A stretch of 64,000 nucleotides of DNA from Rhizomicrobium sp. (GTDB lineage: Bacteria > Pseudomonadota > Alphaproteobacteria > Micropepsales > Micropepsaceae): the NCBI GenBank assembly GCA_036490345.1, contig DASXEA010000017.1, forward strand, positions 96 through 64,095. Direction: 5' to 3'. The first letter of the stretch is position 1. Every line of letters begins with the position of its first letter. The notes beneath the pieces are model-generated. The model did no database searches, had not been told where the DNA came from, and saw only the letters and a list, made by a program, of their open reading frames with translations. The translations under genes and the position numbers were made by a program. Of this stretch, positions 21,133-30,901 are shown one piece after another.

Positions 21133-21157
21133 TATCAGTGCCCTGATAAGTTATCAG
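21133..21157. promoter_or_regulatory. Putative MarR operator
   Basis: Perfect CTGATAA-G-TTATCAG (21143-21157) overlapping TATCAG-N4-CTGATA, between divergent genes. Confidence 0.6.
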
Positions 21158-21204
21158 TGCCTTTATATTAGCACCGAACCTGCAGGCTGTCGCGGAGCGC
21201 AAAC

Positions 21205-21825
21205 ATGATCCACCCGAAACCGATCATTCTCGAGCGCGGTCCGGTGCGACTCGAACCGCTTGGCGAGGAGCACGTCGCAGGCCTGGGCGATGCGGCGGCA
21301 GACGGCCGGCTATGGGAGCTGTGGTACACGGCCGTGCCGGCGCCGCACGAAACCGAGGCCTATGTCGCTACCGCGCTGAACGGTCTTAAAGCCGGTCATA
21401 TGCTGCCTTGGGCAGTCCGGGATCTCGCATCGGGCGCCATTGTCGGCAGCACGCGCTATCACGACATCGTGGCCAGCATCGATCGCGTCGAGATTGGTTA
21501 CACCTGGTACGCGAAGAGCCGCCAGAAAAGCCACGTCAATACAACCTGCAAGCTCTTGCTGCTGGGGCACGCCTTCGAAGCGCTCGGCTGCAAAGTGGTG
21601 GGCCTCAGGACAGACAATTTCAACTTCGCCTCGCAGAAAGCGATCGCGGCCTTGGGCGTGAGGAAAGACGGCGTGATCCGCCATCACATGCCGCGGCGGG
21701 ACGGCTCGGCGCGCGACACCCATATGTACAGCATCCTGGCCCACGAATGGCCCGACGCGAAACGCCACCTCGAGCTGCGGCTGAATCGGTACGCGCCGGG
21801 TGCGGCCAGGGCTACCGGATCATAA
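21205..21825 (+). CDS. GNAT family N-acetyltransferase (RimL-like)
   Basis: VRLEPL, GSTRY, VEIGYTWY, TDNFN.ASQKAI..LG...DGV.R, RDT.MYSIL..EWP. Confidence 0.9.
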   Translation: MIHPKPIILERGPVRLEPLGEEHVAGLGDAAADGRLWELWYTAVPAPHETEAYVATALNGLKAGHMLPWAVRDLASGAIVGSTRYHDIVASIDRVEIGYTWYAKSRQKSHVNTTCKLLLLGHAFEALGCKVVGLRTDNFNFASQKAIAALGVRKDGVIRHHMPRRDGSARDTHMYSILAHEWPDAKRHLELRLNRYAPGAARATGS

Positions 21826-22474
21826 ACAAGGATGCAGCATCGAGAATTTCGGCCATCACCTCGCTTGCCTTGCGACCGCTCTTCGCGGGAACGGCAAAGG
21901 AATGATCGCTGTCTTGTGCAAGAACAAGCGAGGCGCGCGGCCCGAGCGACTTCACCACTTCGGTGATGAGCGGTAGCTCGGCCAGCGGATCGCGCGTGCC
22001 CTGCAAAAAGAGCATCGGAACGCGCACATCCCGCAGATGCGCCGCGCGTTCGATCGATGGTTCGCCAGCCGTGTGGAGCGGGAAAGCGAAGAAGACGAGA
22101 CCGCGCACACCATCGAGCGGCGTCAGCGCCTGGGCTTGCGACGTCATGCGTCCGCCATAGGATCTGCCGCCGGCAAAGAGCGGCAACGCCGCGCATCGCT
22201 CACGCGCCACTGCGACAGCCGCGCGCGCTGCCACATGCGCGACCTTCGGAGGATCGACGCGCTTCGAACCGCGCTCCATGAACGGAAACTGGTAGCGCAG
22301 CACCGCGATGTCACGCGCCGCAAGGCCGTGCGCGACATCCGCCATCGCGGCATGGGTCATGCCAACGCCGGCCCCATGCGCCAGCACGAGACAGGCTTTC
22401 GGCTTGGCCGGCATATCCCAAAGCGCCGAGACCGCGGCGGATGGATCGAGCGAAATGGTGCAGGCTTGGCTCAT
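21812..22474 (-). CDS. Alpha/beta hydrolase (KANL3/Tex30-like)
   Basis: LVLAHGAG.GM, GGRSYGGRM, FPLH, LFLQGTRD, DHSF. Confidence 0.88.
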   Translation of the reverse strand: MSQACTISLDPSAAVSALWDMPAKPKACLVLAHGAGVGMTHAAMADVAHGLAARDIAVLRYQFPFMERGSKRVDPPKVAHVAARAAVAVARERCAALPLFAGGRSYGGRMTSQAQALTPLDGVRGLVFFAFPLHTAGEPSIERAAHLRDVRVPMLFLQGTRDPLAELPLITEVVKSLGPRASLVLAQDSDHSFAVPAKSGRKASEVMAEILDAASLFMIR

Positions 22475-22563
22475 GCTGCGATGATAGCGCCGGGCCATGC
22501 ATTCGGGAAACAGGGCTGAGCACCAATTCGGATCGCGTCGCCGACACGGCGCGCGCCCATCGC

Positions 22564-23130
22564 CTATTTGCCCAGCCGCGCCGGATCGGCCACGTCATGG
22601 ACGCGCCCGGCCTGAATATCGGCCAGCAGATCCTTCAGCCAGGCGCGGTCCAGCCGTCGCTGCTTGTCGATATGGCGCAGCAGATGGTCGCCGCCGGTCG
22701 CAATCACCGGCGCCAGCTGCTTGCGGATGGGGACAAGCTTGGCGATCAATTCGTCCAGTCGGGCGATCTTTTTGCGCACGAGATCTTCGACGAGCACGAG
22801 ATCGCACTGATGCAGGAACAGCAATGCGCCATAGAGCGTCTGCGCGACCGGCCCGTCTTCTGCGAACTGCGCGTGCAGCAAGGTGCGAAACTCGGCGCGC
22901 CCGGCCTCGGTGATACGATAGATCGTGCGCATGCCGCCGCGCGCGACGCGCTCATGGGCGACTGCTTCGATCAGCCCATCCTTCTCGAGCTGGCGGATCG
23001 CGTAATAGAGGGTCCCCACATCCACATCAATGTAGCACTCGACCATCGCGTTCTCGAGGCGTCGCTTGATCTCGTAAGGATGGAAATCCCCCCTGAGAAG
23101 TACACCGAGAATCAGGGCTCTTGCTTTCAT
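22564..23130 (-). CDS. PadR family transcriptional regulator
   Basis: ILGVL...HPYEIK, GTLYYAIRQLEKDGLI, Y.ITEAGR. Confidence 0.9.
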   Translation of the reverse strand: MKARALILGVLLRGDFHPYEIKRRLENAMVECYIDVDVGTLYYAIRQLEKDGLIEAVAHERVARGGMRTIYRITEAGRAEFRTLLHAQFAEDGPVAQTLYGALLFLHQCDLVLVEDLVRKKIARLDELIAKLVPIRKQLAPVIATGGDHLLRHIDKQRRLDRAWLKDLLADIQAGRVHDVADPARLGK

Positions 23131-23159
23131 AGTTTAATTAGACTATTCTGATCAAACTA
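23130..23159. promoter_or_regulatory. Putative PadR operator
   Basis: Imperfect palindrome TAGTTTAATTAGA-CTAT-TCTGATCAAACTA filling the 53-bp divergent gap. Confidence 0.55.
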
Positions 23160-23183
23160 AACAAGTCGTGAGAGGGAAAAATC

Positions 23184-23573
23184 ATGTGGCGGACCGTTTT
23201 TGGCGTCGTGGCGGGGCTCGTGGCGTGGCTGGTGATCGTGTCCCTGATCGATCGCGGACTGAAAATGTGGCTGCCGGGCTATGCCGCGGCCGAACCGGTT
23301 ATGGCCTTCACGCTGACAATGAAGTTCGCGCGACTGACGATGGCGGCAGTCACTTCGCTCGCGGCGGGAGCCATAGTCGCCGCGGTCGCGCCCGCGAGCC
23401 GGATCGCCCCCTGGATTGTCGGCTTCGTCGTGTTGCTGACGTTTCTGCCCGCTCATGTCTGGCTGTGGAACAAATTCCCCGTCTGGTATCATCTGAGCTT
23501 CCTGGTTCCGCTCGCACCGCTTGTCGTGGCTGGCGCAATGCTTTGGCCGCGCGGCAAGATGGTCGCGGCCTGA
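23184..23573 (+). CDS. Hypothetical four-helix membrane protein
   Basis: Hydrophobic throughout, ...P.WY...L.PL..; likely PadR target. Confidence 0.75.
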   Translation: MWRTVFGVVAGLVAWLVIVSLIDRGLKMWLPGYAAAEPVMAFTLTMKFARLTMAAVTSLAAGAIVAAVAPASRIAPWIVGFVVLLTFLPAHVWLWNKFPVWYHLSFLVPLAPLVVAGAMLWPRGKMVAA

Positions 23574-23594
23574 GCGCAATCTGGAGCGGAGGAC

Positions 23595-24371
23595 TCAGGC
23601 GGCGCTTGAATTGCGCGGATGCTCTCCGGCCCGCTGCGGAATGAGCAAGAGGCACAGCACAATCAGCGCCGCGATGATGGCGGAAGCGAGCGGCCTGCTG
23701 ACATTCAGTCCGCCACTCGCGATGGGTTTGTCGAAGAGATCGCCCAGCGTGGCGCCCAATGGGCGCGTGAGGATGAAGGCCGCCCAGAACAGCGCGACCC
23801 GCGAAACGCCGGTCCAGAAATACAGCGCAGCAAGGACGGCAAGCGCGGCACCGAAAATCAGCGCTCCACCTTCATAGCCCGGACCTGCATCCGCCAGCCA
23901 ATCGCCCAGCGCCGTGCCGAGAGTCTGCGAGAAGGTGATCGTCACCCAATAGAAGAGTTCGACTTTCGGCGTGTTGACAGTCTGCACCGAGACCGTCCCC
24001 TCCGACCGGTACCAGATTGCAAGCGACGCCATCACACACGCCAGCAGGATAACCGAGCCTCCGGCATAGCCGATGCCGAGCGAACGATCGGCGAAATCGG
24101 CCATCGTCATGCCCGCCGTGGTGGAAGCGATGATCGTCGCCCAGTAGAGCAGAGGGTGGAACTTTTTCGCGGCGATCTGCATCGCCACGAGCACGATTAG
24201 CGCCGTGAGGAATATCGCGGTGCCTACGAGATAGCCCAGATTCATCGTCATCGACACGGTATCGCCGCCAGTCTCCCCCAGCGTGGTCGCCAGGATCTTG
24301 ATGATCCAGAAACCGAGCGTGACGGCGGGGACCTTGCTGAGAGCGGTATCGGATTTCACGGGCGAGACCAT
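23595..24371 (-). CDS. COG4705/DUF347 membrane-anchored protein
   Basis: SKVPAVTLGFWIIKILATTLGETGGD, YW..I..S.T.GT..GD, FW.AFILTRPLGA..GD. Confidence 0.9.
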   Translation of the reverse strand: MVSPVKSDTALSKVPAVTLGFWIIKILATTLGETGGDTVSMTMNLGYLVGTAIFLTALIVLVAMQIAAKKFHPLLYWATIIASTTAGMTMADFADRSLGIGYAGGSVILLACVMASLAIWYRSEGTVSVQTVNTPKVELFYWVTITFSQTLGTALGDWLADAGPGYEGGALIFGAALAVLAALYFWTGVSRVALFWAAFILTRPLGATLGDLFDKPIASGGLNVSRPLASAIIAALIVLCLLLIPQRAGEHPRNSSAA

Positions 24372-24545
24372 TGTGAGCGCGGCCGGCGTGGGGCGACAGC
24401 GAGCATAACGCCTCATCGAACGTGTGCAATGCTGTCAGACAATGCCCAACGCAGAGGCAAAAACTCCTGCGCGGCCCCTCATCGCGCAGGATGCGATGGG
24501 GGCATGTCGATTTTCGACGGCGGCAATCGCTGGATGCCTCTCGCG

Positions 24546-25577
24546 TCATTTCATCTGCGCGATCGCCTGCGAAAGAGTAAGACTGCGCGGGCTGGCGAGC
24601 CCACCAAAGCGTTTGTCGAGTGCATCGAGCACGTCGCGGGCGCTTTTCCGGTCCCCCGCTGCGATCAACGTTTCCACAGTGGCGAATTGCAATTCGATTT
24701 CCTTGTCGATCCGGGCCCTGCAGGCCGCTTGCTCCGCTCCGTCAGGCGGCGTGGCATCCCGCAGCGCGGCAAGCGCGTGCGCGAGTGTCGTAGCTGATGC
24801 GGCCTGATGTCCTGCCCTCGCCGCTTCCTGGGCTTCGACGCCGAACATGCACCAGTCGTGCATCGATCGCATGCTGACGGCAGCCATGCCGAGCCGCGTC
24901 AGATCTTCGTCGCCGGTGACATAGACGAGATGGCTTTTGTCCTGGAAGCGTCGAAACAGTTCCACGGGCGGAAGCGGAATGTCGGCGCTGCCGATCGGAT
25001 CGCTGCCCGCGTCGAGGATCGCGCCGCGAAACACGCCCGGATAGGCGAGCGCGAGCCGCATGGCGACGCGCGAACCACCGGAAAACCCCGCGATATAGAT
25101 GCGTTCGGGATCGATCGTGTAGCGATGCGCCACGTTCTGCTCGGCCAGTATGGCCAAAGGCTCGCGGCGTGCCAGCACGCTCTGATCATTGCCCGATTGC
25201 GCGGCGCTGACGAAAATCATGCCGGCCGCATCCAGCACCGAATCCCAGCCATCGGGAAGTCGCGCGTCGTTCCAGGGCGGAATGAATACGAGCAGGCCGT
25301 AGCCGGTGGCAGGTTCGGTGGAAGGCACGAAAAGCGCGAAGGACTCCTTTGAAAGGTCGATCGCCTGCGCACCCAGGGTCGCATGCTGGCTTGCAAGAAT
25401 GGCCGGAAGTTGTGCGGCCTTCAGTGGCGTCGTGAGCCGGCGCACCAGTTCGAGATTGCTTGAGAGCGGCGTGTAGTCGGAGAATGCAGAGTTGCTCAGC
25501 GTTCCCGCGCAACCGGGCGAGACCAGCGCGGCAGTCATGCCAAGCGCGAGAAACAGTCTGATCGCCATGGCGTTCAT
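24546..25577 (-). CDS. Secreted alpha/beta-hydrolase (esterase/PHB-depolymerase-like)
   Basis: Signal peptide; IDPERIYIAGFSGGSRVA nucleophile elbow. Confidence 0.65.
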   Translation of the reverse strand: MNAMAIRLFLALGMTAALVSPGCAGTLSNSAFSDYTPLSSNLELVRRLTTPLKAAQLPAILASQHATLGAQAIDLSKESFALFVPSTEPATGYGLLVFIPPWNDARLPDGWDSVLDAAGMIFVSAAQSGNDQSVLARREPLAILAEQNVAHRYTIDPERIYIAGFSGGSRVAMRLALAYPGVFRGAILDAGSDPIGSADIPLPPVELFRRFQDKSHLVYVTGDEDLTRLGMAAVSMRSMHDWCMFGVEAQEAARAGHQAASATTLAHALAALRDATPPDGAEQAACRARIDKEIELQFATVETLIAAGDRKSARDVLDALDKRFGGLASPRSLTLSQAIAQMK

Positions 25578-25634
25578 GGCGGCCATTCTAGGGCGGTCAC
25601 ACGGCCAACGGTTCGCCTTGCGTCGAACCGTTCG

Positions 25635-27200
25635 TCAGTGGCCGGCCACGGGCCGCAGCTGCGCCGCAGGCTTCGGCATCAGCCAGACGGCAGCGGACGC
25701 GGCCGCCAGAATCAGACCCACGACCAGGAAGATGTGATTGGTCGAGAGCATGACGCTTTGCCTTTGCACGAGATTGTCCAGCGACTGGAGAGCCTGGCCG
25801 GCGCTCAGCCCTGTAGCGCGCATCTTTTGTATCATGCCCACGGCATTATTGAGGTGTCCTACGGTATCCGCGCGCGCCACCCGCGTGCCATTCTGCCACG
25901 CGGTGGTGACAATGGCGGTCGCGAAGGCACCGGACATGGTGCGCAGGAAATTGATGAGGCCGGATGCCGATGCGGTCTCCTCCGGCCGAACCGCGGCCAG
26001 GGCCAGCGACGTCATCGGCACGAAGAACAGCGGCATGCCGAGGCCGAGCGTCAATTGCGGCGGGAGCAGTTGCGCGAACGACATGTCGAGCGCGAAAAAG
26101 ACGCGCAGCAGCGTGGCGAAGGAAATGATGGCGATGCCGATGGACATCAGAATCCTGCCATCGACGCGCGCCATCAGCGAGCCGGCAATCGGCGCCATGA
26201 CGATGCCGAAAGCGCCATTGAAGGCCACAAGATAGCCTGCCCATGTCGCGGTGTAGTTCATGTTGGTCTGCAGCCAGAGCGGAACAAGCACGATGCTGCC
26301 GAAGAAGGAGCCATAGGTCAGCAGCATGGTCAGCGCCGACACTGCAAAACCGCGGTGGCGGAAGACCCGCAGATCGACGATCGGATCGGTTTCGGTCAAC
26401 TCCCAGATGATGAAGGCGATGAAGCCGACCACGGCCGTAAGGAACAGCGCCACAATGAAAGGCGAGCCGAACCAGTCCTTGTCCTCGCCATTGTCGAGCA
26501 TGATCTGCAGCGCCCCGACCCACACGACGAGGAGCGTCAGTCCCATGAAATCGATCGGCTTCTTGATGAGCGCCGCTTCGTGTTTGCCGAGCATGCGCCA
26601 CGCGATGAGGGCGCAGAAAGCCGCGACGGGAACGTTGATATAGAATGCCCATTCCCAGCCCACGCCGTCGGCGAAGATGCCGCCGAGCAACGGACCCGCG
26701 ACGGGCGCCAGAATCGTGGTCATCGCCCACAGGCCGAGCGCCAGATTGCGGCGCTCCGGCGGCGCGACACGCACCAGCAGCGTCTGCGACATGGGCATCA
26801 GCGGGCCACCGCACACGCCCTGCATAACCCGGAACACGACAAGCATCTGGAGCGAGGTGGCAATCCCGCACAACGCGGAGAATATTCCGAAGCCGATCGC
26901 CGCCAGAACGAATACGCGCACGGCGCCGAACCGCGCCGCGAGCCAGCCGGTCAACGGCACGAGGATCGCTTCGGCCACCGAATAGGACGTGATCACCCAG
27001 GTGCCTTCGTCCTGCGACACGGCGAGAGCACCGGCAATATGCGGCACGGCGACGTTGACGATCGTCATGTCGAGCACCGCCATGAAATTGGCAAGCGCCA
27101 GAATCATGATCGCGATCACCAGTGTGCCGCCCTTGAACGGCAGTCCCGGATCGTCCGCGGTTTTGCCTGCCGGTGCTGTGCCGGATTGCGGCTCGGTCAC
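25635..27200 (-). CDS. DHA2 family MFS efflux permease (EmrB-like)
   Basis: NFMAVLDMTIVNVAVP, WVITSY, FRVMQG..GGPLMP, WEWAFYINVP, LQIMLDNG. Confidence 0.95.
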   Translation of the reverse strand: MTEPQSGTAPAGKTADDPGLPFKGGTLVIAIMILALANFMAVLDMTIVNVAVPHIAGALAVSQDEGTWVITSYSVAEAILVPLTGWLAARFGAVRVFVLAAIGFGIFSALCGIATSLQMLVVFRVMQGVCGGPLMPMSQTLLVRVAPPERRNLALGLWAMTTILAPVAGPLLGGIFADGVGWEWAFYINVPVAAFCALIAWRMLGKHEAALIKKPIDFMGLTLLVVWVGALQIMLDNGEDKDWFGSPFIVALFLTAVVGFIAFIIWELTETDPIVDLRVFRHRGFAVSALTMLLTYGSFFGSIVLVPLWLQTNMNYTATWAGYLVAFNGAFGIVMAPIAGSLMARVDGRILMSIGIAIISFATLLRVFFALDMSFAQLLPPQLTLGLGMPLFFVPMTSLALAAVRPEETASASGLINFLRTMSGAFATAIVTTAWQNGTRVARADTVGHLNNAVGMIQKMRATGLSAGQALQSLDNLVQRQSVMLSTNHIFLVVGLILAAASAAVWLMPKPAAQLRPVAGH

Positions 27201-27228
27201 GGGAATGTCTCCGTCGCCGGAACGCGCA

Positions 27229-28338
27229 TCATTTCGAAATCTCGACCTGTGCGTTCATCGACAGGCCGACGCGCAACGGATGCTCGGCCAATTCGCGCGG
27301 CTCGAGAGCAATGCGCACCGGAAGGCGCTGCACCACCTTGATCCAGTTGCCGGTGGCGTTCTGGGCTGGAATGAGCGCAAAGGCCGCGCCGGTTCCGCCG
27401 CCAAGACCCACGACGCGGCCATGGAACACAACCTTCGAACCGTACAGATCCGAACTGAGTGTTGCGGCCTGCCCCGGACGCACCCCGGTAAGCTGGCTCT
27501 CCTTGAAATTCGCGTTCACATAAACCTGCGTGATCGGCACGACGCTCATCAGCGCTGCCCCCACCTGCACATGCTGGCCGATCTGCACCGTGTTTTGCGC
27601 CACCACTCCGTCCATCGGCGCGCGGATCACGGTGCGCGACAGATCGAGCCGCGCGCGGTCGAGTTGAGCCTTCGCAGCGAGCACTTCCGGATTGTGATCG
27701 ACATCACTGCCCTGGGTCAGGGCGCTTTGCGAGGCAAGTTGCTGTTGCGCCGCCACGAGATTGGCTTTCGCGGTGTCGTCGGCGTTGCGTGCCGTGGTCA
27801 GTTCGTCGCCCGACACGGCACCGGTCTTGCCCAGCGCCGCCCGGCGGGAATAGTCGATATGGGCCTTGTCGAGATCGGCCTTCCGCGCCGCAACAGCCGC
27901 TTTCGCGGCATCGACATTGGCGAAATTCTGCTGCACGTGCCGGATTGCCTGGTTGTAATTGGCTTCCGCCTGCTCGACGGCAAGCTGGGCATCGGACGGA
28001 TCGATGACGACCAGCACTTCGCCCCGCTTCACATGGTCGGTATCGTTCACCGGAACGCTTTGAATGGTGCCTTCGACCCGCGGCGTGATCTGCGCTGTGG
28101 ACGCATCGACATAGGCGTCGTCGGTGGAGACGTAGTGCGAACCCACAATGTACCACCAGCCGCCATAGGCGAGCGCCGCAATGACGAGCACGACAGCGAA
28201 ACCGATGAACAGCTTCGTGCGCAGGCCGTTGCCCTTTTTTGCCGGCGCGGCCTCGCGTGGCTTTTGGCCGGCGCCGGTCTCGGCAGCCGGACGGCGCATT
28301 GCGGCGCGCGGCCCTTCGATCGTTTGAGCGTCGGCCAT
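27229..28338 (-). CDS. EmrA/HlyD family periplasmic adaptor
   Basis: VSTDDAYV, IRAPMDGVV, NANFKESQL, IPAQNATGNWIKVVQRLPVRI. Confidence 0.95.
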   Translation of the reverse strand: MADAQTIEGPRAAMRRPAAETGAGQKPREAAPAKKGNGLRTKLFIGFAVVLVIAALAYGGWWYIVGSHYVSTDDAYVDASTAQITPRVEGTIQSVPVNDTDHVKRGEVLVVIDPSDAQLAVEQAEANYNQAIRHVQQNFANVDAAKAAVAARKADLDKAHIDYSRRAALGKTGAVSGDELTTARNADDTAKANLVAAQQQLASQSALTQGSDVDHNPEVLAAKAQLDRARLDLSRTVIRAPMDGVVAQNTVQIGQHVQVGAALMSVVPITQVYVNANFKESQLTGVRPGQAATLSSDLYGSKVVFHGRVVGLGGGTGAAFALIPAQNATGNWIKVVQRLPVRIALEPRELAEHPLRVGLSMNAQVEISK

Positions 28339-28351
28339 GTCCTGCTCCTGC

Positions 28352-29767
28352 TTATCCATTGGAGGTAAATCCGCCGCCCAGGGCGCGCACCAGTGCAACG
28401 TCGAGCGAAAAGGCGCGTGCTTCCAGATCGGCGACGGCCCGGCGCTGCTGCACCAGCGTGTCTTCGGCCGTCAGCACATCGAGATAGCGCGAAAGGCCGC
28501 CCTTGTAGCGTTGCATCGCCACGTCATAGGCCTTCTCGCTGGCCGCCTGCGCCTGATGCGCGTGGAGAAGCTGGTCGCGAAGTTCGCGCTGATTGGCAAG
28601 CGCGTCCGCCACTTCGTGCAACGCATTCGTCAGGCTCTTGTCGTAGGTTGCCACGGCTTCGTCATATTGCGCGCGGGCATTGCGATAGTTGCCCTCGATG
28701 CGGCCGGCGTCGAAGATCGGCAGATGCACCGCCGGACCGACCTGGCCGATGATCGAGCCGTGATTGACGAGCGTGTTGATGCCCAGCGATTCCAGCCCGT
28801 AATAGGCGGTCAGGTCGATGTTGGGATAATAGTCGGCATGAGCGGCGTCGATGCGCGATGCCGCAGCCTCTGCCCGCAGGCGCGCCGCGGTGACGTCGGG
28901 ACGGCGGCCCATCAGGTCCGCCGCCAGAGACGCCGGCAACCCGAAGGGTTGCAGCGCCACGTTTTCGGGAATGGCGATATCGAGTCCGCGATCGGGCCCC
29001 TTGCCGAGCAGCGCCGCCAGCTGATTGCGGGCAATGGCGATCTCGCCCTGCAACACATCGAGATCGGATCGTGCCTGTGCCACGCGCGCTTGCGCCTGGG
29101 CGAGTTCGCCCTGGTTGTCGAGACCTTGCGAGACGCGCTGACTGACGAGATTGGCGCTGTCCTGGCGCACGCGCAGCGCATCCTTTGCCGATTTCTGATC
29201 GGCGCCGAGCTGGACAAGATCGGCATAGCCAGCCGCGACCGCTGTCGAGATCATGAGCCGCGCGGCTTGCGCGTCGACGCGCGCCGCATCGGCTTCGGAT
29301 GTCGCGGCGGCGAAGGTCGCGCGATCCTTGCCGAACAGGTCGAGATCGTAACTGAGATTGACGGTATCCTGACTTTCGGTGTGCCAGCCATGCGGCAGGA
29401 AGGATTTGAAGGCGGCGGGAAAGCCGTTGTTCAGACTTTGCCGCGTCGGCAGCAGCGACCCGTTGGCCGTCAGGGTGGGCCACAGATCGGCATCGGAGAT
29501 CTGTGCCGCCGCCAGGGCCTCGCGCAGGCGCGCGTCGGCGACGCGAATGTCGGGGGAATCGGCAAGCGCCTGGGTGATCAGCCCGTCGAGCTGGGCATCG
29601 CCATAGGCTTTCCACCATTCCGATTGCGGCCAGGATGTCTCGGGGGCCGCAAAAGACTGGCTGCTCGCGTAGTCGCTGGCGGATTTGGTTTGGGGGAGCG
29701 GACCCAGATCAGGAGCGCAGGCAGCCAGGGCGAGAATGGGGAGGAGGAGCACCCCGCGCCTGACCAC
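28352..29767 (-). CDS. NodT/TolC family outer-membrane efflux lipoprotein
   Basis: Lipobox LAAC, WWKAYGDAQL, RRPDV.AA, YYPNI.L, LVRALGGG; start uncertain. Confidence 0.93.
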   Translation of the reverse strand: MVRRGVLLLPILALAACAPDLGPLPQTKSASDYASSQSFAAPETSWPQSEWWKAYGDAQLDGLITQALADSPDIRVADARLREALAAAQISDADLWPTLTANGSLLPTRQSLNNGFPAAFKSFLPHGWHTESQDTVNLSYDLDLFGKDRATFAAATSEADAARVDAQAARLMISTAVAAGYADLVQLGADQKSAKDALRVRQDSANLVSQRVSQGLDNQGELAQAQARVAQARSDLDVLQGEIAIARNQLAALLGKGPDRGLDIAIPENVALQPFGLPASLAADLMGRRPDVTAARLRAEAAASRIDAAHADYYPNIDLTAYYGLESLGINTLVNHGSIIGQVGPAVHLPIFDAGRIEGNYRNARAQYDEAVATYDKSLTNALHEVADALANQRELRDQLLHAHQAQAASEKAYDVAMQRYKGGLSRYLDVLTAEDTLVQQRRAVADLEARAFSLDVALVRALGGGFTSNG

Positions 29768-29830
29768 CTGCGCTTTCGACCATGCGGCCCAGAACCGATG
29801 GGATGGGGGGGCCTGTCGCATCTGAACTGT

Positions 29831-29905
29831 ACCGTACGGTCACATTGCATATGCACAATTAAGGTGCTATCTAGCCTTCGTCAAGAGAATACTGTACGGT
29901 ACGGT
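29831..29905. promoter_or_regulatory. Putative TetR operators
   Basis: Perfect palindrome ACCGTACGGT (29831-29840) and related ACTGTACGGTACGGT (29891-29905) between pump and regulator. Confidence 0.6.
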
Positions 29906-29906
29906 C

Positions 29907-30566
29907 ATGCTAGATTCGCTCAACAGCCCTGCGCCCCGGACGGGCAAGGACGAAAAACGCAGCGCGATCCTTGAGATCGCCCATGCGGCCTTTCTGGCCG
30001 ACGGCTTCGCGGCGACTTCGATGTCATCCATTGCGGCCAGGGTCGGCGGGTCGAAAGCCACGCTCTACAATTACTTCGCCTCGAAGGAAGAGCTCTTCAT
30101 CGCCGTCATCCGCGAGCGCTGCGAAGAGCTTTTGCATGTGCTGTTCGATGCCGATTTCGACCAGATGGTGATCGAGACCGTGCTGCACAGGATGGGATCG
30201 CATCTGGTGGATTTCGTGCTCAGCGAATCGAAGCTCGCGACGCACCGCCTGGTGACGGCAGAGACGGCACGGTTTCCCGAGCTTGGGCGCGCGTTTTACG
30301 AATCCGGTCCCGCCGAAGGACGTCGCCGCCTCGCGGTCTTTTTCGAGCATCGGATCGCGATGGGCGATCTGAAGGCCGGCGACACGATGCGCATGGCCGA
30401 ACATTTTTCCGATCTGTGCCTCTCGGGCCTGCATCAGCGTGCGCTCTGGAATGTGAATCCCAGGCCGTCGCCAGGCGAGCGAAAGGCCAATGTCGATCAC
30501 GCCGTGCGCGTGTTCCTCGCGGCGTATGGGATGCCCCGCTCTACCGTGTCGCGAAACGCCGTCTGA
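29907..30566 (+). CDS. TetR/AcrR family transcriptional regulator
   Basis: AILEIA..AF...GFAATSM..IA.RVGGSKATLYNYF.SKEELF. Confidence 0.95.
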   Translation: MLDSLNSPAPRTGKDEKRSAILEIAHAAFLADGFAATSMSSIAARVGGSKATLYNYFASKEELFIAVIRERCEELLHVLFDADFDQMVIETVLHRMGSHLVDFVLSESKLATHRLVTAETARFPELGRAFYESGPAEGRRRLAVFFEHRIAMGDLKAGDTMRMAEHFSDLCLSGLHQRALWNVNPRPSPGERKANVDHAVRVFLAAYGMPRSTVSRNAV

Positions 30567-30801
30567 CCGCATCGACAAAGCGTTCGGCCTGCTCGACCGC
30601 CCATGCGGCGTCCGGGAGGCCGATGGGTTCCTTTGCGTAGTCCGCGAGTTGACGCAACCTCTGCACCTGATTGAACGCCCTGCCGAGATCGGTCGCGATC
30701 AATCCCGGCTGTACGAGATGCTTCCCTAGCGCAGCGATAAGGCCTGCATGCGTTTTCGGAATGTCGCTGCTCAAGGCGAGGAATGCAGAAGGGGCCTGCA
30801 A
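30541..30801 (-). pseudogene. HEPN-domain protein remnant (N-terminus missing)
   Basis: PKTHAGLIAALGKHLV..GLI...LGRAFN.V.RLRQLADY; no intact start or MNT partner gene. Confidence 0.65.
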
Positions 30802-30854
30802 CCGGGCCTATTGCGGCCTCCGGCCTGCCTCGACAGGCCGACCACATTGCAAAT

Positions 30855-30869
30855 GTTCTCTATTTGTTC
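30855..30869 (+). promoter_or_regulatory. Alphaproteobacterial LexA (SOS) box
   Basis: GTTC-TCTATTT-GTTC (GTTC-N7-GTTC), about 33 nt before imuA. Confidence 0.85.
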
Positions 30870-30901
30870 TAGATTGCTCTTTCTCCAAAGCGGCAGGGAT
30901 C

